Source: Peribolospora baueri
Taxonomy: Eukaryota
NCBI GenBank assembly: GCA_029717555.1
Contig: JAMDHS010000034.1
Location: 62,001-126,000, forward strand
Length of the DNA stretch: 64,000 bases
Reading direction: 5' to 3'
Shown here piece by piece: positions 1 through 12,500 of the stretch (within the stretch, counting starts at the first letter, position 1; every line of letters begins with the position of its first letter). The position numbers were made by a program, and so were the translations under genes. The notes under the pieces are model-generated. The model was not told the origin of the DNA and made no database searches. It saw nothing but the letters and a program-made list of their open reading frames with translations.

Positions 1-679
1 GGTGAATTGGATATCCGGATTGACGTCCATGGTGGGTTGAGAGAGTGGAGAGAGAGTCGTTATCTCAAGACAGTATAGTATCATCATCCTCTCCCTCTAA
101 CCCTCTCTGATCAGGCCCCGTAAAACCAGCGACGCCAGCTGGGAACCAGGGCCACTGCGCTCCCTCCCCTCCACCCACACCTCCATCTCTCTCCTCCCTT
201 CCCAAGCCTTAAATAAATTTGTATCTTCAGGAGCTCTATATGCTTGAAGTTGAATAAGTTGGTAATATTTATTCACTAAAAATAACCGATTACGTTTGAT
301 GGATTGACAATGGTTAGGTAGGCAGTGCGCTTGAGGACACCGCAAACAGCGCAGCGCTTCCACAGACCAACTTAACCCGAGCTGGTCCCACCCAGCACGT
401 TCTGGTCCTCCCTTATCTCGCCGGATGCAGAACTTTCTCAGCGAATGCGGATTGTCTCTCCAGACGCACAAAGAGACAACCGCGTCCCCCAGGTTTATCA
501 ACCGCAATTGCGCTGCCAGAAGCGGAGATAGGCCTTCTTTCCTCTGTTCCCCGCACGTGGACAACGTCTCCAAGACGTCTGCTCCATCGCCGGTAGGCAG
601 ATAGATAACTAGCGAGCGCATCGCCCAGCTTCCTCTCAGCTCCCAGCACGCGCTCAGACGACAACGACAATCGGGAAGG

Positions 680-2924
680 ATGCTCCCCAGACGACAAAGA
701 CGCCTCTGCTTCCTTCTTTCCCTTCTCACATCAACAGCTGTCACCGCTCTCGCTCCCTCACAACAACCACAACCATCGCCCGTCAACTTTGAGCCGCGCT
801 TCGACCACGACAGATCTGTGCCTCTCCCCCACCGCCCGACCGACTACCGAGTCCTCTCCGCCGAGCTGACCTCCCCCTTCTTCAGCCCAGATCACCCCTC
901 CAACCTCCTCCTTCAGAAGAGAGGCGGAAACAGCAACAGCGCCAACGAGTCCGCCGCGGAGCTCGTCAGGGGGGCCTTGCTCAGCGCCCAGAGGGCTAGG
1001 TGGGTGTTTTCTAGCCTCCTTCAGGTTGGATTGGAGATAGATCGGGTGGGGAGGGCTAGCTAGAAGAGGATGGGGAGAAGATCCCTTTCGCCCATCAAAG
1101 GGTCTTCGAGGAGAGTGCCGCCGGAAGTCGAGCTCGTCGTTCGACGGATGGCGCAGCGCTCGTCCGCGCACGCCGGTACTCAACGTGGACATTGCTATGA
1201 TCGCCTCCTTTTCTCCATTCGACGTCTATATTCAATGATAGTTGGGAACAAGGAGTGTGAGTGTCTTTGGATAGAATTTTTCGGCGCCTCGTTCCCCGCG
1301 TATCTCCTCCCTGATTCATCGCCGGGCTTTTTTTGTCCTCATTCGATCTGGATCAACAGCGCTATCTCAGCACTGCTAGAGTACGGCTACGCCGGCTTTT
1401 CCGTCTTCGCCCAAGATGGCCCCAGCTATCTCGGTTCGCACCCTCCCCGGTCCTACCCCAACCAGGTCCTCCAGCTCGCCTATGACGCCGTCGTCCGTCA
1501 AGACCCGTCAGGCCGCCTTGGAAACAACTTCATCGACGTCAGCACCTCGCCCACTGTCGGCTCTTCCGCCGACCCAGCCAGCCTGGGCGAAGGCGTCCTT
1601 CTCGGAGCCCTCGCATTCGGCCAGCTCGCCGATCCGTCCTCTTTCTGGGGCGGTGGAGCCTCCCGCCAACTCACGTGGATCCTCCAGACCGCCCCTCGAG
1701 ACGCCAATGGCATCGTCTCTCACCGCGCTGATTCGCTCCAGTACTGGTCCGACGGCGTTTACATGATCCCTCCCTTTCTCGCCGCCTATGGCCTCATGAC
1801 GAACAATCAGAGCCTCCTCCAGGCGGCGTACGAACAGGTCGTAGGCTACAGGACGTATCTTCGGATCGGCGCCGGGAACGCGACCGGCACGTGGAGCCAC
1901 ATTTGGAATCAAAGCTCGAGGACTTGGGTCGATCAGGGCGCTTGGGCTACGGGTGAGCGCTGGAGCGCCTGCTCTTTTTACAGATTTCGTGCTTAGCTCG
2001 TCCACGTTTTCTGCTCGTCCCTCCCCTCCTCTCTAGGGAACGGATGGGCGGCAGCTGGGATGCTCCGCGTGCTCGCCTCCATCTCCCAATCCCAATTCTC
2101 CTCGAAAATGGAGGCGCAGAAGACGGACCTACAAGAGTGGATCGCGGAGATTGTCGATTCCTCCTTTTCATTCTTGGTAAGTGGAAAAGAGACATGAGAG
2201 GGAAGGAAGGCGGCTTCCTCGTTTTCGTCATCCGATGCCGAATCTGACCTTTTCTTCCACCGTGTCGATGTCTTTCTTCCTCCCCTTTTAGGACCCGGAC
2301 ACCTCGCTTCTACGCAACTACCTGAACGGCAGCACGACGACTTTCCTCGACGTCTCCGGCACCGCCCTCCTCTCATACGCCGCCATGCGCCTCGCCTCGC
2401 TCAGCCCCCCCAACTCGACCTACGTCACCACCTCGCGCTCGCCGAACCTGGCCTCCAAAGCCCGCCAAGCCGTCGTCAATTCCATCTCATCCTTGGGCGA
2501 GTTCTTCGAGTCCAACCCTAGCCTGAACGTGAGCGTCGTTGCTGCGCTTTCACCGGGAAGCAAGGGAAAGGGAAGTTCTCCAGAGAGCCTGGCGTTCGTG
2601 CTGTTGCAAGAGGCCGCGTATCGGGATTGGAAGATGGGCAACACGACCGGCTTGGATGGTGAGTGAGGGCGACACGAAGTACACGCCCTCAGCGGCGCGA
2701 ACCCCTTTCCCTTCTTTGCTCATGTGCGTACCTACCACTTCCCCCTCTCCTTCCATCCGTACCCGTCCCCCCCAGGCCCAAAGACGGGATCCAAAGCGGC
2801 CGCCCTTCCCGGCGCGCTCGCCGCCCACCCGCCTCACATCCTCCTCGCCCTTGTCGTTGCCCTCCTGGCAACCGTGATGACTGCTGGACTCGCGCAGTTC
2901 AATGTTGGCCGGATCGGGCCGTGA
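680..2924 (+). CDS. Secreted six-hairpin glycosidase, GH105/GH88-like (Glyco_hydro_88), with C-terminal hydrophobic TM/GPI-like tail; multi-exon
   Basis: N-terminal signal-like hydrophobic stretch (LCFLLSLLTSTAVTALA). The spliced product reads AQRASWEQGVAISALLEY (via the 15-nt exon 1242-1256), QYWSDGVYMIPPFLA, WATGNGWAAAGMLRV and FLDVSGTALLSYAAMRL. The last intron 2659-2775 joins a tail HILLALVVALLATVMTAGL; stop at 2922-2924. Confidence 0.85.
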
Positions 2925-3732
2925 TGATGTGATGTGATGTGGGGAGGAGATGGAGATTCCGTGGAAGGAGTGTTTTCGAACTCGTCGTCGGCTTGTTTCC
3001 TTCGTTCACCTTTGACTTTTTTTCTGTCTCTCTCGCTTGGTCCCTTCTTGGTTTGGGTTGTAGTGCTTTTTTTCCCCAACGTAGACATGCTCCCTCTTGG
3101 CCGTATCATAGCCTATGCCGGCTGGGGGTAACGCCGGTCTCCTAATGTCGGTTATACGAAGCCCTCATCAGAGTTATAAGGGAAGACGTGCGATGAGGCA
3201 GGGTTAAGACAAGCCAACCAAGTGAAAGTCATCAACGACAGAGGCTAGTCATTTTCGCTCAGACAACCTTGTCAGCCGGCCTTGAGTGATTTGACAAGTC
3301 CGAAACCTCAGCGGACGTTGCCTGAAAGGCCCTCTCGAGATCTGGTTGCTGTACTGCTGGAAAAAAAGACAGAGAGAAACAGAGGGAATGAACTCGGCGA
3401 AACACCGTGGGTTGTCACAAAAGATCTGCTTGCTTTTGAGGGATGCCTTATATCCGGCCCGGCACCTCACTTTGGGCGGCGGCCTATGTGGCTTCTGCGT
3501 CATCTGCCGTCATTCAGATCAGCTGCATCTGGTCGATGCAAGGACAAATTAGAGGGCGGCTTTTGAGCAATTCTGATCTGTTATACGAAGGACAGTTTTG
3601 ATGGCCAGAAGGTTGACGACATTGGGACAGTTGCGGCCTGCGGATCAAATGTTGTGATGTGATCACGATGCTGTCGGTATAGGATGAGGACGTGGATCAC
3701 GTTTGCCTAGGATGCAGTGAACATGGAAGACG

Positions 3733-3879
3733 TCAACGCCGGATCACTTGGTTCTCGCATCGATGAACAACGCAGCGAAATGCGATAATATAGATTGCAG
3801 AATTCAGTGAATTATCGAATTTTTTGAACGCAACTTGCCGCCCCTCGGCATTCCGGGGGATATGCTATCCGAGTGTGTC
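3733..3879 (+). pseudogene. Degenerate 5.8S rRNA gene copy
   Basis: Recognisable 5.8S blocks GGATCACTTGGTTCTCGCATCGATGAACAACGCAGCGAAATGCGATAA, TTGCAGAATTCAGTGAAT and TTTGAACGCA, with substitutions and indels at normally invariant positions. Confidence 0.9.
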
Positions 3880-4071
3880 TCCGATTTTCACGAACCGGTT
3901 GAGGCTTTGGATGTTTGAGCGCCTGCCGTTGACCGCGGCTCGCTCGGAATGCATTAGCAGGACCTTCCGCTAGACCAGTTCCACTCAGTGTAATAATTCT
4001 TTTCTGAGGACGTTTGTCTCTGAGGGACGGGAGGTTGAGGGTAATAATGCTCGCTCCCAACCCCCCAATGT
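3880..4071 (+). other. ITS2-like spacer remnant
   Basis: Lies between the 5.8S and 28S remnants; contains basidiomycete ITS2-like words GGCTCGCTCGGAATGCATTAGC and TTCCACTCAGTGTAATAAT. Confidence 0.65.
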
Positions 4072-4208
4072 TAAGCGGAGGAAAAGGAACTAACAAGGAT
4101 TCCCTTAGTAACGGAGAGTGAAGCGGGAAAAGCTCAATTTTGAAAGCTGACTCCCTTCGGATGTTCACGCTGTAATCTAGAAAAGCGTTTTCCGCCCGGA
4201 CCGCATAT
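4072..4208 (+). pseudogene. Truncated, degenerate 5' fragment of the 28S/LSU rRNA gene
   Basis: TAAGCGGAGGAAAAGGAACTAACAAGGATTCCCTTAGTAACGGAGAGTGAAGCGGGAAAAGCTCAA...TGTAATCTAGA matches the start of the LSU. The extreme 5' LSU segment (GACCTC...CCCGCTGAACTTAAGCATATCAA) is missing and similarity ends near 4208. Confidence 0.88.
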
Positions 4209-4864
4209 GATACGCAAGCGACGGGGGAGCGGTCGGACTAAGGGAAGGTCGACCGACAAGAACACAGAGGAGAGTGAAGTAGAGCAGCTGGAAGCTGTGC
4301 TGAATGTATGAATTGATATGAAAATGATGGAAGTCGTAATTCCCGCATCCTCCAGAGAGAGCTCGGAGGGCACCTTTTATACTAGACGACAGGAGAGAGA
4401 CCACAAAAGGAAGGAAGGGGGTTGACAGAATGGATGATGGGAAGAAGACAAGGATGAGTAAGGTTTGGTAGTAACAAAAGCAGCAAACGAAGGTGTACAT
4501 GTCGCAGTCGGTGCAACGTCACTTCTCGTCAGCGCTCATGTGGGAACCATGTGAAGAGACCACATGGGCGACGCAGGGCATCGCCGTCTACGCATTAAGT
4601 TAGCTCTGAGTCTGAGTCCCGTCGTATGACCCTCCCTCCCTCCCTCTTCCACGACGTCTCGCTGCTCTGCTTCAACCCGCATCACGTACCGCGCCTAGTG
4701 GCTCCCCGGGGGCACAAGGATGCTCAAATCTTGCGGTCTCGCTCCCTCCGCGCAGCCGTCAGGCTGGCCCGCTGTCGAGCTTTCATTCGTGCGACGTGGC
4801 GCACGAGCGCCAGCGCAATCAGTTGACCTCGCCCACGACATCTACTCCAGAGATTTCTACTCAC

Positions 4865-4947
4865 ACAATGAAACCTTGCATCCTTCCTCTCATGCCGATG
4901 AGCGTCTGGTAGTTCTTGATCCCGGACGGCTGCGACTTGTTGTACAC
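4865..4947 (-). pseudogene. Isolated exon of an NADP-dependent MDR oxidoreductase (PTGR/alkenal reductase-like)
   Basis: 83-nt segment bounded by a TAG acceptor and a GTGAGT donor, translating VYNKSQPSGIKNYQTLIGMRGRMQGFI(V). This resembles the GAIS-xYN...GIKNY..LI..R..M.GFIV region of that family. No intact flanking exons were found. Confidence 0.6.
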
Positions 4948-6759
4948 CTAGACGCTTGCCATAACACCATTTTGACGACACGCTCGCTACCGCAAGTCCT
5001 GACGAACCCCGGACTCGAGCCCTCCATTCCGGCCCCTAACCTCCTTTCTTCCCTTGTTTATTTGCCCGACGCCTCGCCCTCGCCCTCGCACGGACGGACG
5101 TGCGGCCTTCCTTCGCTTTGATACGTTTCTTTCTTACCTTCTCGCTCTCCCCTACCGTGTCACCGTGTAACCTCCACCCACCCGCCCCACCCGGTCGGTG
5201 TATTCGTCTCAGGAAAAAGAAAAGATCCTATCGCACACATCCGTCCGCCCTTTCGACGCGCCTCGCCTCGCCTCGCTCGACATGACCAGACATGACGGTG
5301 GCCCCGCGGCCGCACCGATGTATCTGTCTCCGGTAGTCCGGCATAAAAACTGAGGCGGCCGTCGCGCTGCTGTTCGCATCGCTTGAGCTGGGTCGATGAG
5401 GCGAGCAGCAACGCGGAGGTCAGCACTCCAATGGAGCAAGTGCGGCCGGCAACAGAGGGAACAAGTTGCGCACGCCAACTCAAGGAACTCAAGGAACTCC
5501 GCCCAAACGTCATGCCATGTGCCACTCTTCTCAGCCTCAGCCTCAGCCAATGCACTCAGTCTCACCTGACCTCAAGCTCAATGATATGATCTTCTGTAGT
5601 TCGATGGGAAGGACGGGCAGGCAGGCACTGCTGAGAGCCGAGCCTTCCTCTCCCATCTCAGTCTCCACTTCGCCCGCTTTCCCGCCCAAGTCATTTTCGC
5701 TGCGACCTACCTACGAGTGCTTGCTTGCTTGCTTTCAAAAGGATAGAACCCCACCTCGTCGACCCGGGCCGCATTCCTACAAGCCTTTCTTTCTTTTGCG
5801 AACCGGAACCGATCGGATCGCCAAGCTGTTTTACACTCGACTCGGCAACCGTTGGGACCTCAAGCAGACGGGCGGGCGTCTGCCGCTGCTTACTGCTGAG
5901 TTTCTTCCCTTGGTTGTCGGCTTACAATACCTGAAACGACGACGACATACCTTTGGCGCACAAATAATTCTATGAGGGCCTGAAACCGGACGTCAAGGAT
6001 GCTCTCGTTCTTTTCCAACCAGGTCTACGCGGAGAGGATGGAAGCGCGGCGATTGGCGTCCACATCCACATCCATGTCGATCGACCGTACCGGGGCGGGG
6101 AAGGTGACGGACGGCGAGGCGTCTTCGACGTCGACGTCGACGTCGGATCGAACGATCCGTGGGCGAGCGAGGGATGGGTGTTTCTAACGGTTCGGCTAGC
6201 CGTACGCGACTCGACTCGACTCGACTCAAAACACGGTGGGCATTCCAGACACCACCGACCGACCGATCAGCCGATAATAAGCCAGCCAAGCCAGCCAGTC
6301 CAGTTACACTGGCCTTTGCCCGAATTAAGAACCCATCACGACAAAGAGATAAAAACCAATTTCAAGAGGGAGAAGAGAGTGGAGCGAGGAAAACGAGCGG
6401 CATAGACACGCGTGTAACCTGTGACCTGAGGAGATGGAAAGAAGGATCGATCAAGCGACCGAGCGACAGAGCGAAAGGAGATATAAGCAAGGGAGGGAGC
6501 GGAAGGTCTACGCTAAAGACGAGCGAAAGGAGGTGTCAAAAGTGCGTCCACATCCACATATTCGGACGACAGAAATGGAGGTGGGGACGGAACCGTGGGG
6601 ATGATTGCGATCTACCATAGAATACGAAAACTGGAGAGTAAAAATGCTGGGAGAAACCGTGACCAATAGCCCAGGAGAACGAGAGCCACGGAGGACAATC
6701 GGATAGATAATGATACGGAAGCAAGGAGGGAGGAAAATACGGGCTGGTCTTCGGGAGGA

Positions 6760-8281
6760 TCACCATCCGCCGCCGAGCGCGACCGAGGTGGCGACGACAG
6801 CGCCCGCTAGAGCGGCGACGATGCTCACGACGCCGCGCCCACCGCCGATGACGGCGACGGAGCGACCGGCAGAGGCGGCCTTGGTCATGAGGCCGCCGTT
6901 GGAGCTGCCCGAATCGAGTGCGTGCTGGTCGGACGGCAAGGGGCTTGCGCCAGGCGCCGGGGCAAAGGTGGAGTTTGCACACGACCAGCCTCCTCCGCTC
7001 GGCGGCGAAGAAGCGGAGGAGGACGTGGAGTTGGCCAAGGAGGGAGCGCGGGAACCTAGGATGACAGGCAAGGCGGCAGGATAGGTTTTGCTGATGACGA
7101 GGGAGGTGTCGACGGCGTAGGAGGCGTAGAGGGAGAGCAGCTGTGAGGCGCACGAGCTGCAGGTCGACACCGTGTTAGGGGCAAGATCCAAGCCCGAGAG
7201 CAGGTAGTCTGAACGGTAGAGGGCAAGCGTCAGCGCACATGCCCGCCATACGAACAGAGCTCGAGAAAACAAAGGAGAACGAAAATGACGTACAGAGTGA
7301 CAACAAGCTAGGATCTTCGGCAGCAGCTTCGACGAAGCAATAATCGCCCGTGTCCTTGTCGGTCAAGCACCCAGCCCTCCTACCGAGACCCCAACCACGT
7401 AGGCCCTGAACGGCGCTCTGGACGATGGCGTTGCCCTGCGAGAGGTCCGGACCGCAGGCGTCCTTGTCTGCCAAGCGGGTGGCGAGGCTACCCATGACGG
7501 CGGGACAGTTGGAAGTGGAAGGGTCGGTAGAGGCGCCGCAGAGGGTGTCCAGGGCAGCAGTCAAGTCAGCGTACGGTTTTCCGCTCCCGGTCAGATTCGT
7601 CACCGCCGCGTTGGGATCACCGGGAGTAGAACCGGGTGGCTGTTCGAGGGCGAAGAAGCCGTTGGAGGCGGTGACGAGGAGGGAGAAGGCGCCGCACTGG
7701 ACGAAAGTGTCGTTGCGGAGAAGGTTATTGGTCATGAAAGAGGAGCAGCTGTTGCTCATATTGACGCCTAATGTCGTGTCGAAGGGTTTGGGGAGGGAGG
7801 AAGGTGCGACGGAAGGCACGGAGGAGGGCGCGGGGAGGGAGTAAGACGTGGTGGCCTTGGCCAATGTCGTCGCAGTGGCGGAAGAAGAGGCACTGGAGAT
7901 GGCTGTGGCTGTGGTTGTGGCCGTCGAGGCCACCGTGTCGATTTGCGCGGCGAGCACGACGCCGTCGCCGCCCTTGATCCCCAGCTCTTTCTCCCAGGCC
8001 AGGAACGGCGGCAACGGCCTTGGCGGCGCTCCCGTACCATCTCGCCTGTCCGGACCTGGCTCCCTGTGCGCGGCGCGGAGGTGATGCGAGTGGGGGCGGG
8101 GAGGAAGCGAAAGCGAGCCGGACAGCATCGTAGGATCGGTTGCGGCCACGGAAGCGGGGGCGGTGACGAGGGCGGTGAGGACGAGGAGAGAAACGAGAGA
8201 GGGCGGCCGTCGCTCGCCGCCGACTCGAGCCGTAGAGGCTGCCCCTTTCCGATAGCGGCGCAGAGGAGCGTCGGCCATCAT
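6760..8281 (-). CDS. Uncharacterised Cys-rich fungal surface protein (S/T-rich stalk, C-terminal hydrophobic GPI-like tail; tentatively DUF7729-like)
   Basis: ATG at 8281/8278; hydrophobic LVSLLVLTALVTAPASVAA; Ser/Thr run; Cys-rich domain (LPKPFDTTLG...CSSFM...CGAFSLLV...CGPDL...AGCLTD...YCFVEA); intron 7293-7209; tail VVSIVAALAGAVVATSVALGGGW*. Confidence 0.75.
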
Positions 8282-8610
8282 CAGACTGATGGAAGGCGGG
8301 GCGGCCGACAGTGATCAGGCGCGGTGGCCGGTGTCAAAAGCCAGGCACAGGGCGCGGTGGCTGGACGAGGTGGAACGGTGGGCTGGCAACGATGTGCTTG
8401 TGCTGGAGTGCCTGGGACGAATGGCAGTTGGGGTGGGGTGTAAGGGGGAAGACAGACGAGCAGATAGGACGGCACTGGCTGGAGGATGTGGACGGACAAT
8501 ATGGGCGAAAGAGGACTTCTAGCGAGGCGAAGGGAAGGGCGGAGGGAACGTGGTTTAGCAAGGAGCGTGAAGCGGCGGACCGAGCGTGGGCGAGGGTTAG
8601 GGAAGGTGAG

Positions 8611-8680
8611 GAGAAGGAGAAGGAGAAGGAGAAGGAGAAGGAGAAGGAGAAGGAGAAGGAGAAGGAGAAGGAGAAGGAGA
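8611..8680. repeat. (GAGAAG)11+ hexanucleotide microsatellite
   Basis: Perfect tandem GAGAAG array upstream of the Cys-rich protein gene. Confidence 0.97.
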
Positions 8681-9558
8681 GGCCAAGGGAGGAGGATGGA
8701 TGACAAGGAGGAGGAAGAGGGAAGGTTTTTAAAAATTCGCCGGGGCGGTAGCGCACCGAGAGCTGGCTAGCTAGCTGGAGCGGGGCTAGCTAGTGCGCGG
8801 GGCGGAAGAGTGTGCCAAGGTGAGGGAAGAAGGGCAAAGGGGGGAGGGAGTGGGAGAAGGAGGGTGGTATTAAGGGAGGGGAGAAGGAGGTGGTGGTATT
8901 GAAAGGCTAGAAGGGACGAAGGCCGACGGCACGAGCAAGAGCCGGCGAACAACGGCGGCGACGGCGACAGGCGAAACCTCCGCATACGCCGGCCGGCCCG
9001 CCCACCGTCCCAAGCCGAGGCGGGGCGAAGCGAGGCGCCGCAGCAACTAGGCCCAGATCGGCGCCGGAACGTTCCTCGTCGATCGTCGTTCCTTCCGTCC
9101 TGACAAGCGAGACAGAACACAGAGAGTGTGTGTGTGAGAGAGAGAGAGAGACGAAAAAAGAAAAAAACAAGCACGGTACGAGCTGGCGAGAGGAAGATAT
9201 GATAAAGATGATGGGCGACGGACGTCGACGACAACAACGACGACGGGGCACATCCTCCTCCGCTCCAACACCCATCAGAATCAGCACCGCTCAACGGAGG
9301 CGGCATGTGCGCGCGTGCTGACGTGGAATTGACCTGGAAGAGAAACGACGCGGGGGAAAGGAAGGCGCTGGCATCGACGGACATATACTATTTTGTTCGG
9401 ACGGACGGGACATCTAATTCTGATACAAGCAACTTTTTCTCCACTTCTCTCGAGCCATGCTTGGAGCGCAGCTTAGAGCGCATCGCCACTCGTCCCATAC
9501 GCGACTTGCGTCCTTCCCTCCAATCAGCCCCGAGCGAGGCCCTGCGCCAAATCCTCCT

Positions 9559-12500
9559 TCACTCCGACATCTCCGAAGGCCCTCCCAAACTATACCACAC
9601 CACCGTAGCCATCCCCAACATGGCGGTGATCACGCATCCCGCCAGCGCGCCCTTCGCCCTCGGCGTCCAACCCAGCTCGAGCAGGTGGGGACCCGTCGGC
9701 GCCAGGCCAAAGTCGGTTGTCTGGAGAGAAGGATGCGGACGGCATGAGAAGAAGTAAAGTCGCCAGATCGGATGGGATCGGATGGGATGGGGTCGCTCAC
9801 CGAATTCAGTCCGCCGGCATTGCCCGTCGTACTGATCCCCTGCGCAGCGCACTGCTCGTACATCTCCCGCGGTGGCGAGAGCCTTTGCTGGGCTTGCTCC
9901 GAGCTGGACACGAACACGGCTGCCAGGCCTGATTCGAGGTGCCATCTGCGAGGGTGAAAATCGCAATGTCAGCACTGTGCGCGCGCGAACGGACGGAGGC
10001 GGGGCCTTCGTCCACGATGACAAGGCTCGTACGAACTCGATGTGACAGTGGAAGATCCATGTGCCTGGGTTGTCAGCTCGGAAGCGGATGGTGGTCGCGC
10101 CCTGGAACGCAAGTGCGATGCGATGAGCGGGAGGTGTGGAAAGGGGAGAAAAGCGCGTTTCCCTCCGAGTCAACTACGGCGACCGCCGATACGACTTGAC
10201 GGCGTACGGTGGCATGCTCACCCCCGGGAACACCTGCACCGTGTCCCTGCGCATTGGGTTGACCTGGCTGTTGTTGAACGGAGGATTGATCGTCGGGTCG
10301 TCCGACGACACGTTCTGGCTCTTGTGCACCACCTGGAACTTGTGGCCGTGTAGGTGGACTAGTCGGCGCAAGAGAAAAAACAGGTCAACGTTCACGCCAC
10401 GGTACGCAGCGCGCTTGCCTCAGAACGCGGCCTCGATCACAACAAGGCGAGCACGTAACACGAGCGGTCAAACGACGCTCCGACGCTCACATGGATGCAG
10501 TCCCTTGTCCCAGTTGTAGATCGTCACCTCGACCATGTCCAAATTCTTAAGTAAAACCGCGTTCGTCTGAGGTCCGTAGACGGCCACGTCGTCCGCGAGG
10601 GCGCCCATGGAGAGCTGGGTGAAGATGGAAGGTACGATGGGCGACTCGTACGTCACGTTATTGAAGGATGCGTGATTATAGCCGTCGGAATACACTACGC
10701 TCGTACGCCACCGGACGGGATGGGACGGGGGGCGAAAGGCGTCGGTGCGATGAATGCGGGCCGGGTGAGCTCCCGTCGTGACAATTCCCGGCTTCTAGTC
10801 GACGGAGCACGATCACGCGAAGCTCACCGGTGAAAAACACGTTAAGGTCGTGCTTGGAGTCAGGGTCGACCATGCCTTGCGGGATGTATGGCACGAGCGC
10901 GACGTCGTCGAACGTGCCGTAAGCGTCGGCCGTCGAGGGCGGAAACAGGGGCGCTGAAGCGTTGTACTGGATCTTCGACGTCACGTCTGGGCGGCGGGGA
11001 TGGGTTCCGAAGGAGGACAGCCAGCGCGAGTTGAGCCTGGAGCCGACTTCAAAGGTTGCATAGGCGGGTGTGCGTCTCCAGCGGGGTACACTCACTCAGT
11101 TGAAGGTTCGGCGGGACTATGTCAAACATGCTGGCTGCGAATGTGCAGTGTGCCGCGTTCAAAGGTCCCAACCGGTCAGCACGATGGCCGGCCAAATGGA
11201 GAAACACAGACCAAAGCCCGAGCCGAGCCAGGCGACGCCACCGAAGGCACACCGTCTCACCGTCCATGTTCGCATGAATGGCCCAGTTGTTCGCCATGTC
11301 GTTCCTGGCCGTGACGAGCACGGAAAGACGCTGAGCCGCGGCCAAGGTGACCTGCGAGACGGGCAGCTCCTGCGTGTCTACGCCGTCCACCTCGATGATA
11401 CGCATGTCATGACCGTCGATCCAAAAGTAGAACATCGCGAAACTATGTGAGCGCGAGAGAGAGAAGGCGAGGAGAGGGGGCGTGATGCACAAAACAAAAA
11501 GGGGTTTAGTTGAGATCAGGAGGCAAGTAAGGATGATCCTTGGGCCATCCCTCGACCCAAGACACAGTTAGATACCGAACAGCCGACGGCCCCCACGCAC
11601 CCTCCCGTATTGATCAGCCGAAGACGATACGTCTTTCCCGGCTCGAACGGTAGCGTCGCGTTTTCGTTGAAGCCCGGTAAGTATGTTTGTGTGGGCGAAT
11701 GGGAAAAGTAGATTAGGCCGGAGTCTGCGCCGTCGGGCGTAGGATGACAGGGGAGCCAAATCAAGGGAGTAATTAATGCATTAGTGGCATCGTCAGACGA
11801 ATCATACCGACGGCGGGAAAGCCAGCGCAGGATGAGCAGTCTCCTGGCGCAGGATAAACGCACCTGGTACAGGTTCAGCGCCGGTGGGGTTGGATACGCT
11901 CATATATTTGTTGAGCAGGACGGCGTGCTGTTTGTGGTACCAGTCTCCAAGTACGACAATATACTCGTCATCGTAGTGGTACGGTGCGGGGGTCGAGCCA
12001 GAAGGGTTGATGACGAAGGGTCTGAAAGAGCAACATGGTGGAAGAGGAGAGGACGGGATGAGGATCTAACGAAAATGTAGCGTTTCGCGACGCGACTCAC
12101 GTGCGTAGACCGTCCACGTATTGGCCTTTGTAGTGACCGTGGATCCAGCTGCCGATTCGCGTGGACAACGGCGACGTGCCACTCAGCCGTCAGTAAATGC
12201 GCGACCACATCGCCCGGCGGGCTGACCCAGGAGACAAAACACGTCAAGGCGGCGGAGAACGACACTGCGACGCGACGACTCACTAGGTGCCAGGATCCTG
12301 ATTCGCGACGGGGATGTCATAAGTCAGCGACTGGCCAGGGGGGATGCCGCACTGGCTCACGCCTACGGCGCCATCGTAGTAGGCCGACCCGTTGAAGTAG
12401 ATTCCGTGCGAGTGGAGAGCGGTGCCTACGTCGGAGAGGCCGTTGAACTGGGCGGGGAGAAGGACGAGAGGCGAGGAGGTGGGTGTATGCGGTTAGAATA

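Noticed and set aside
3151..3590. Two GTTATACGAAG 11-mers (3151, 3580) resembling half a loxP site
   Set aside because: Only a partial match, with no inverted second arm or 8-bp spacer; treated as chance.
8281..8770. ORFs with poly-L, poly-R, KE and SF runs
   Set aside because: Translations of the (GAGAAG)n microsatellite.
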